From contig OZ251225.1 of assembly GCA_965240325.2 (NCBI GenBank), forward strand, positions 1,240,001 to 1,304,000: a stretch of DNA of 64,000 nt, given 5' to 3'. Position numbers and translations under genes: made by a program. This DNA is from Rebecca billardiae RCC1528 (taxonomy: Eukaryota; Protista; Haptophyta). Shown one piece after another: positions 56,537 to 64,000 of the stretch. Numbering within the stretch: position 1 is the first letter of the stretch; each line of letters begins with the position of its first letter. The notes beneath the pieces were generated by a model. The model was not told the DNA's origin, did not search any database, and worked only from the letters and a program-made list of their open reading frames with translations.

Positions 56537-56634
56537 TTTTTTTTAAAATTCCGCCCCTTATTCATAACGAACGGGCTCCGGGTGATCAGACTGGCGGTGG
56601 CGGCCGAAGCCTCCAGCCCTACCGGCCTACCCTG
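56537..56634 (-). repeat. cUUCGg-hairpin repeat with A8 tail (copy 2)
   Basis: The reverse complement reads GGGCTGGAGGCTTCGGCCGCCA..CTGATCACCCGGAGCCCGTT..GGAATTTTAAAAAAAA. Confidence 0.8.
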
Positions 56635-58026
56635 CTGCCACCCTGGGGAGAGCGCTGCGTGCCTTCTCACTCGTCAGTTATTGGTGTAGTAGGCCCAACG
56701 TCAACAATGACGGCGCCCGTCCCGCGAAGGTACGGCTTACCGAGCATCAGCGGACGGGCGCGGGCTGCAGCGAATCTCCCGCGGTGCATGTCATCCATCA
56801 CAGTTCACACCTCCTGCTGCAGCGGAGAGTGCACCCGTCATCAGTGGTCCGATGCAGGCGCCATCTCCCTGCCCAGCTCGGCGCCTTCGTCCGGTGAGCA
56901 GCCCGATGGCGCCCGACCTTAGATGGCCGGCCGATGATGAGCGGTATAATCAATAACCGAGTCCTGCACTAGTGCAGGTGCGCCGCTGTGTGCCGGATTG
57001 GCAGTGCTCCAGCCACCAGGCTAGTGACCAGGACGAATCCTGCGCGCGGCGGTGCGCGCGGGCGGGACAACGTAGTCGTAGAAATGCTGCCATGCGAGCC
57101 GGATTCTTATTGGCGTCGCCCATAGGCACTCAGTTATAGATTCCCTATAACGCAACATATATATAGTATTAATTGGCCGCCCTAATAACTCAAATGCGCT
57201 TTTCACACCTAATTAAATAGTCCGCTCCTACAAAAACCCCAAATTCCTGCGCGCATTCTCTTTTTTGATTTTGCGGAGCACGTGCCCTCCCCCCGCTTTC
57301 GCTCACGCTCAGACCTTTCGGGGGGCCGTGCGCCATAATAACATGTAATTGCATGCGCCCATTCCGCCCAATCAGGCCAATGAGTGTCGCCTGTCGGTCG
57401 TCGCGGCGAGTGCGGGTAGCCTGCACGCAGCCGGGCACTCGTTCGCCCGCCAACTTTATATTGGTTGGTGGGCGCGCACGCGCGCCTGGCGCGCCACGGA
57501 TGATGTCGATGATACCGTTGGTCAGCGCTGAACGGCCGACGAATCGGAACTCGTCCCATCATCGTCGTCGGGTCTGCCGGCGCTGTCAAGCTTATCCGAC
57601 TTATCCGTCGCGTCCAAGACGCGCTGTACATGTTCGACCAGCCCCACGCGGGACAAGCCCCAATATGTGACAAGGCCGCCAGTCACTGGTACAGTTTACT
57701 AAGAATAAGAGACGCACACAGCTCAGGCAGGCGAGATCGACGCCCGACAACTGTCACCGCCCATGAAGCCGTCGCCGATGGTAGCGCCGCCGCCGGAAGA
57801 TTCGTTCAGCCGTCTGACGCCTGCGACTAGTGCGAGGCCTGGATGAGGGCTGCGGCCGCCTCGCGGCGCGCCAGCGCGGCAGCGCCCGTCGTCCTCGCCC
57901 CACCGTCGTCCACAAAACGTCGTCGTCCGAACTCGCCGACTGGGCGCCGATGCAACAGCGCGCCGACAGGATAGGTGTCTCGGTCAGTGGTTTGAGGTTG
58001 GGTGAGGGTGGTGGTAATGGTTGGTT

Positions 58027-58105
58027 GGGGGCTGGCCAGGGTAGGGCTGGAGGCTTCGGCCGCCAGCCTGATCACCCGGAGCCCGTTATAAAGGGGAATT
58101 TAAAA
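58027..58105 (+). repeat. cUUCGg-hairpin repeat (copy 3)
   Basis: GGCTGG-A-GGC-TTCG-GCC-G-CCAGCC stem-loop, ending GGGGAATTTAAAA. Confidence 0.8.
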
Positions 58106-58166
58106 GGATGTAGTAGTATGGAATGTGGAGCCCCACTGTCGTCGGTTGGGGAAGGCGTGTATCAAG

Positions 58167-58170
<4 letters not shown>

Positions 58171-58245
<75 letters not shown>
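58171..58245. repeat. (AT)n microsatellite
   Basis: About 75 nt of perfect AT run. Confidence 0.97.
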
Positions 58246-58248
<3 letters not shown>

Positions 58249-58335
58249 TGACTGGGGTAGCTTATCACACAGAAGGCCTGGCCCTCATCAGGTGACAGTA
58301 CCAGTAGTCAGGACCCTGCTGTTTTCGTCTCATCA

Positions 58336-59908
58336 TGGCCCGCGGTGCAGGGCGGAGCGCGTAGCGTGGAGCCCCGCCGGGGGCCCTCACTACGTTGTCA
58401 AAAAGATCTTTTGATCAAAGAAAAGGGGACGGGGGACGATTTTGAGGGCTGTTGGAGGGTGAGTTTTCGCTTTTTCGAGGGGTACATTGGCCCATTGCTT
58501 TGCATTAGCAAGACTCGATTGACGAAATAGCCGCGCCCGCTCCAATTCCGTATCTACGGACGGACGTGAGCCTGTGGACGTGCATTTGTCAGTATATCTG
58601 GGTGAACGAATCTGCGATTTGTTGTAAATATTCATACGACCATAATGTTGCCAAATAGGACGAGGACCCAAGCGCGTGCGATGGAGGTCCTGGGCTCCTG
58701 GCAAAAAGTCTCGTCAAGTACTCAACTTTACTAACGACGAACCTTTGCGCGCTGCCAAATTACTCAACTTTACTAACGACGAACCTTTGCGCGCTGCCAA
58801 ATGGGACGAGACCCAAGCGCAGTGATGCATGGAGGTCCTACCAAAAATCCGTCAAGTACTCAACTTTACTGACGACGAACCTTTGCGCTCCCGGCGAGTA
58901 TGATGCGTCGCATCCGATTACCGATTGGCCGAGTCTGAACTATGACGAACGGCACCCGGTATTGGATGGCGGCCCGAGGGCCGAGGCCGAACACAGCAGG
59001 TTTTTTACCCGGGCGCGGGCCCTGCCCGCGCGGGCGCGTTCGTCCTCGAGGAGGAGCGCGCAAGGGCGAGCCGAGTCCGGAGCACTACGCGTAAGCTCGT
59101 TCGTTGCTAGAGGAGGAGCGCGCCGCGAGCACGCAACGGATGCGCCCGGAGCTAGCGCGGCTGAAGGGCGAGCTCGAGCACGCGAGCTCGCTCCTCGTGA
59201 CGTCGAGCGCGAGCTCCTCCTTAGCAACTCGGTCGACGGCGGCGTGGAGGTGCAGCAGCGTGAGGACAAGCAGGAGCAGTGACAGTCGTGGAACGCGCGC
59301 CGGTTCCCGTTCGGTCGCGCAGCCGGGCGCCCAGCTGACTCGGGCCGTGCATCGGAGCACGTGCGCGCGCAGGCGCTGGGCGCCGAGCTGGCCCGGAAGC
59401 GCGGCGCCGAGCTCGACGCGCTGCGCCGTGCGCGACGCGGCGACGGACGCGCTGGCTGGGCGCGCGCGGCGCCCTCGTCGCGACGCCCCGTGCAGCAGCT
59501 CGAGCAGCCAGCTGTGGAGTAGACGGCCGTCGACTCGAGGGCGCCACCGCGCCGGGTGAGTGAGCACGCACGGGCTCAGCCTCGGTCGGCTGGCTGGCCG
59601 CCGCTGCTTCGAGGCCGACGCGGCGGAGGAGGCGGCGGGCGAGCACGCTGCACGGTGGCGCGGTGGAGCAGGCGCGCACGCGCGGCGGCAGGCGCGACCC
59701 GCCGCTCGCCTCGTTCCACCCCGAGCTCCGCGCTCGGTCTCGCCTCTCGGTGCGCGGCTGCGCAGCGCCGTGAGTGAGCGCACGGGCCCGGGGGGCGGGG
59801 CCGCAGCAGTGGCGCGCGCTCTCGCTCTGCCGGCACGAGGCGCAACGGAGGGTGCACCGCGGGCCTCTAACTACGTTGGTTCTACGGAAGGACCGCGGAA
59901 CGCGGTCA
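58336..59908 (+). mobile_element. Asymmetric-IR/hairpin element (copy B)
   Basis: T-GGCCCGCGGTGCA at 58336-58349, inverted TGCACCGCGGGCC at 59853-59865, hairpin GACCGCG-GAA-CGCGGTC at 59891-59907. The first ~130 bp are homologous to the 27-kb end of copy A. Confidence 0.8.
58658..58888 (+). repeat. Internal direct repeats in copy B
   Basis: Three copies of TACTCAACTTTACT(A/G)ACGACGAACCTTTGCGC and two of GGACGAG..ACCCAAGCGC..ATGGAGGTCCT. Confidence 0.9.
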
Positions 59909-60221
59909 TATCCGCGGCGGCCGCGCGCCGCCCATGTGTCTGCAGGCGCACTTCAAATGACATATTTTCAACGCCGGCCGTGCAATTAATACAGCGCGCG
60001 GGTACGACGAGCGGGCCTGACTATCGCCGAACATCACGGGAGACCTGAGCCGTCGTCCTGTTACGACCCGTGCCGTGATGAAATCATACCCAGCCCACGC
60101 ATGTAGAATATTCGCGGCGACCTGCGAGGGCGTGTGCGCGCCTGCGCGGGTAGCTCTGCGCCATCTTTCAGCCGCATCAAGGCCCATGCCCACCAGCGTG
60201 ACGACGGGGCTGCGGCATGCC

Positions 60222-62504
60222 ATGCATGTCGCGCTCGTGGCGATAAGTCTGCTGGCGTCGGGCGCGGCTGCCGTCCCTTTCGAGTCCATCACCGCGTACA
60301 CGAACTGCATCGCCAGCCCGGCTGCGTGCACAGAGATCTCTGTGCGTGTCGCGGCAGTCGCGCGTGCGCGAGGCGCCCGCGCCCATCGTGATGGCGCGGC
60401 CAACCTTGGCTCATGGCGCACGAGCCGGCGAGCGGCCATGCAGCACATGCATGCGACGGCAATCGACATGCGCTGCCGCGAGGAGCGATGCCGCACTCGC
60501 CGCATGGTCGCCTTGCCCACCGTGAGCGACTCGCTGCGCGCGCGTCGCACGCGCGCAGGCGGACGATGCTGGCATCCCGGGCACGATCCCAACTGAAATC
60601 GGGACGCTGTTCGCCCTTACACAGCTGTACGCGCACGGCGTGACGCGTGCGGGGGCAGCCAGCCAGCCAGCCAGCCAGTGTGCACGCAGCGGCGATAGGA
60701 CGTGCACCCGTGCCAGACTGCACGTGTCCTCTGCGACCAACCAACCGCCTGAGGATGGATGGCCGCAGCCGAGGAGCCAGACTGCCACAGCCTCGCTCGC
60801 GCCGTGCGCGTCTGCACGCAGTCGTGCGCTCGCCTGGCAGCAGGCAGCTGCGACGAACGGGCAGCGTGCGCTGACGCTGCTTGCCCGTCTTTGCCTGCCC
60901 ACTGTGTTTGTTTGCACGCCACTCGCTGCGCAGGTTTGTGATAGAGAATGCACTCGTCGGCACCCTTCCAACGGAGATCGGCCTCTTAACAGCCCTGGGG
61001 CTTCTGTGCGCGCGACGACCACTACTGAGGGCCGCCCAGGGGTGGTGGTGGTGGCGGTGCTACATATTCTCGACAGCCACTGGAGCGCACAGCGCGACGC
61101 ACGCCCCTGCCGAGCCTGACCTCCCGCTCGCGTGCTGTGCGTTTGGGCACGCCACCACGCGCTGCGCAGGGGGGTGCTCGACAACTCGTTCAATGGCACC
61201 ATTCCAACGGAGGTCGGTCGCATCACGGCTGTGGTGTTAATGTACGTACGGCCAGGGGCCAGCCAGGGGTGCTGCTGCTGGTGGTGCTGGGTACATGTTC
61301 TCGCTAGCCACGCGAGCGCATAGCGCTGCGCTCGCCCTGCCGAGCCTGACCGCCTGCTCGTGTGCTGTGCCTTTGGGACGCCACCACACGCTGCGCAGGG
61401 CGGTGTCTCAAAACTCGTTCGATGGCACCCTTCCAACGGAGATCGGTCTCTTGACGGCTCTGTCGCTAATGTACGCGCGCCCATCACTGATGGCAGGCCA
61501 GGGGTGCTGCTGGTGGTGGTGCTACATGTTCTGGCCAGCCATGCGAGCACACACACAGTGCGGCGCTCGCCCTGCCGACCCTGGCCGCTCACGGGTGTGC
61601 TATCTATGCGTTTGCGCACGCCACTTGCTGCGCAGGCTTGCGGCAGACAACTCGTTCTCTGGCACACTTCCAAGTGAGATCGGCCTCATGACGGATCTAA
61701 GTCAAATGTACGCACGGCCGGAGGAATAGGCGGGGCGGAGAGGCGGCGGCGCTCGTCATTGAGCCAGTCCTCGCGTGCCCCCAGCGATCCGACGCCGCGC
61801 CACGCTTGCCCTGCCCGCCGCTGACGCTGCCACTTGTTCGTCTGTGCCCTCGCCCCGTCACCGCGCATCATCGGTACCATCGACACCCGCAGGGATGTCG
61901 CCTCCACGCAGATGTGGCATCCGGGTGGCACGCACGCCTATCCTGCCGTGACGCCGGCGACGCTCCCAGACGCACCGCCGCCTTCACCACCGCCCTCGCC
62001 GCCGCCCTCGCCGCCGCCCTCACCGCCGCCCTCGCCGCCGCCCCCGCCGCCGGCCTCGCCGCCGCCCTCGCCGCCGCCCTCACCGCCGCCGCCGCCGCCA
62101 CCGCCGCCACCCTCGCCGCCGCCCTCACCGCCGCCGCCCGCCCCGCCGCCACCGACGTTCTGCCAGGAACGCCCACTTTTCTGTGTTGGAGGGGTACGCG
62201 CACCATCTGCGCGAGTGTCTGGGACGTACGGTTTTCCCCTGGGTTTATCGGCAGGCGCTCCGCGCAAACGTGCCCACGCCAGCCCACGCCGTGCCCTGCG
62301 CACTTGTACATCGCTCACCCGCTCTCGCTCCCTCCCGCTCGCGGATGGTGTTGGCAGGGCATTCGCATTATGCGCAAGTACGTCAAACCGTTCCTCCAGT
62401 ACCTGCAGGTGCTCAAGGTTCGCGCACTGTGCACCTTCCTCGTGACAGCGTTCGCGCTTGGAGACCAGTGCGACGCCGTCGACGGGAAAGTGGCACCGTC
62501 CTGA
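60222..62504 (+). CDS. Secreted plant-type LRR + extensin-like protein encoded by one-LRR-per-exon cassettes
   Basis: Predicted exons 60222-60341 (signal peptide MHVALVAISLLASGAAA), 60559-60626, 60934-61005, 61170-61241, 61399-61470, 61636-61707 (GT(I/L)P(T/S)E(I/V)GxxT repeats), 61893-62193 (SPPP) and, less certainly, 62358-62504. All are GT-AG and in frame. Confidence 0.82.
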
Positions 62505-62811
62505 ACGCAAATAAGCGGCGCACGGCGCCCTGACAGCAACCTCTCTGGAGTCGTGCATCGACGACCATCATCACTGGCCGCCTTAGTGCACGGCCGGCCC
62601 CCAGCGCAAGTCGGAACAATCCGCCGCGGCGCGCAATAATCATCAAGTCCGCCGCAGCCTTCAGCATCGTTCAAGCCAGCAGACTACGATTCAAGACTAT
62701 CGATTCAAGTCGCGTGTCAGCGCGGCCGCGCAGGTCCGACTGCCTGACACCACTAGTAGTAGTGGCATCGTCACTTCCGATTGATCCGATCGTCTATTAA
62801 ATAGTACGTAG

Positions 62812-62895
<84 letters not shown>
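62812..62895. repeat. (TA)n microsatellite
   Basis: About 84 nt with one interruption. It directly abuts element copy C. Confidence 0.97.
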
Positions 62896-62897
<2 letters not shown>

Positions 62898-62960
62898 CCG
62901 CGTTCCGCGGTCCTTCCGTAGAACCAACGTAGTTAGGGGCCCGCGGTGCAACCTCCGTCG
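62895..62960 (-). mobile_element. Hairpin end of asymmetric-IR element (copy C); other end not found in the window
   Basis: TGACCGCGTTCCGCGGTCCTTCCGTAGAACCAACGTAGTTAGGGGCCCGCGGTGCA matches the ends of copies A and B. Confidence 0.8.
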
Positions 62961-63185
62961 GCTGCTGTCGATCAGTCTGACACTCTGACTGACATGGCGG
63001 GCCGAGGACTGTCGCCGCGGGCTTGGGACGTCAACCCCCGAACCGGTCCGGAGCGATTGCGCCTCCCGGATGACACCCCCCCCCAGTGGGGGGTGTCATC
63101 CGGCGCGCCGCCTGCTGCGCCAACGGCGTCAGGCCAGGCGTGCGCCTCGCCGTCGCCAAAGGCGCTTACGCCGCTGCGGCGGGCA

Positions 63186-63943
63186 TGGCGCGCGTCAATC
63201 TGACTGACGGCCTCCCAGACGGCGTGATCCTCGCGCGCGAGGACGGCGCGCTGTCCGTGTACACTGCCCGCTTCACAGCCGGTGCTGGGGGCGACCTCCG
63301 CTTCGCAGGCGCGCCCGCTCCTGGAGCGATTGCGCTCCATGCTGTGCGCGTGGCGGATTGGTTCCCGACGCCGGCCAAATGCAAGGGCACCGGCGGGTTC
63401 CTGCTTTCCGGCGCCGCAGATGCGCTCGGCCTCATCGTCGGCTTCGAGGTGGTCCGCGAGCCCGCCCACTTCCGCTCGATCGAAACCGCGGTTGAGTGGC
63501 GCGGCGCTGGCGCCGAGCGGAAGCGGGTGTTTCGAAATGTGATGTGGATGCAGCCAGCCCGCGACAGCTGTGTGCGCCGTGCGGCAGCTGCTCGTACGCC
63601 CGGCGGTGTGCGCGCTGTCGGCGGCGCACAAGGATGCGCTCAAGCCTCTCGACGGCCAGGTGACGGCTGGCGACCTGATGCCCGCGCTCGTCGCGGCCGC
63701 GGCACGCCTCTTGCCTGGTCTCGAGGTGCCGGCGCCGCCGGCCGCGGCCGCGCCCGCAGAGCACGCGGGTACGGCAGCAGCGGCGAGAGATGGAACCGCC
63801 GTCGATGGGCTCGACGCCCACCTAGAAGAAGACGAAGAAGTCCGGCGCGGGCGATGGCGGCAGCGCGAGCGCGCGCGCGTGCCCCGCGCCAGCGCTGGCA
63901 CAGTGCACCGCATGCCGCGCGCTCGGCATCTGCGAGTGGGTGA
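63186..63943 (+). CDS. Possible coding fragment of unknown function
   Basis: MARVNLTDGLPDGVIL...RVFRNVMWMQP looks globular for ~125 aa, then becomes low-complexity. No family recognised. Confidence 0.3.
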
Positions 63944-64000
63944 GGAACGGGCATGCGAGCAGCGCCTGCCCGTGCGCGTCACCGCCTCCGGGTGCGTCGT

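Larger units (their letters stand above)
57692..58295 (+). mobile_element. Second copy of the 17263-18701 element, lacking the foldback but carrying other insertions
   Basis: Starts TA-CAGTTTACTAAGAATAAGAG and is colinear with the reverse complement of the 17-18 kb copy. Contains the hairpin repeat (58027-58105) and (AT)n (58171-58245). Confidence 0.82.

Noticed and set aside
57070-57690. Promoter call from CCAAT/ATTGG boxes in an AT-richer tract
   Set aside because: No adjacent supported gene start; it could equally be a repeat remnant.
58027-58105. Hammerhead ribozyme (CTGATCA)
   Set aside because: The core requires CUGANGA plus GAAA, and neither is present.
58658-58888. Possible CRISPR array
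   Set aside because: Only three units, two nearly adjacent. The intervening sequence is itself duplicated, there are no cas genes, and the context is eukaryotic.
1-64000. tRNA/rRNA genes and autonomous transposase, RT or Fanzor ORFs
   Set aside because: None recognised by eye. Short or highly spliced ones could have been missed.

Overview
Very GC-rich eukaryotic nuclear DNA with short GT-AG introns, (TA)n microsatellites and compact genes. The style suggests a microalga, possibly a haptophyte (inference only). About 18 genes are supportable: a DUF7918-like protein, a secreted beta-propeller glycosidase-like protein, a multi-pass membrane protein with RNI-type LRRs, a PRISE/VEP1-type SDR, a sterol C4-decarboxylating 3beta-HSD (NSDHL/ERG26), a KdsD-like SIS isomerase, a membrane protein with a Zn finger, an ankyrin-MYND-Cys-rich protein, an F-box protein, an ASH/Ig-like protein, a monoacylglycerol lipase, a fucose-1-P guanylyltransferase-like protein, ASCC3, TMEM39, a ~3,950-aa extensin-like type I membrane protein, a GAF protein, a spliced LRR-extensin gene missed by the ORF track, and one uncertain ORF. 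The intergenic DNA holds several non-autonomous mobile families: two foldback elements with ~320- and 431-bp arms (one has its empty site in this window), a family with asymmetric inverted repeats plus a terminal hairpin and unrelated interiors (Helitron2/Helentron-like), Tc1/mariner-type CAGT ends, a UUCG-hairpin/oligo-A repeat, and a nested 151-bp palindrome. Best candidates for new biology: (1) the LRR gene built from tandem 72-nt symmetric cassette exons with homologous introns, flanked by two hairpin-ended elements, and (2) that cargo-variable element family. All family calls come from motif recognition by eye; no searches were run.
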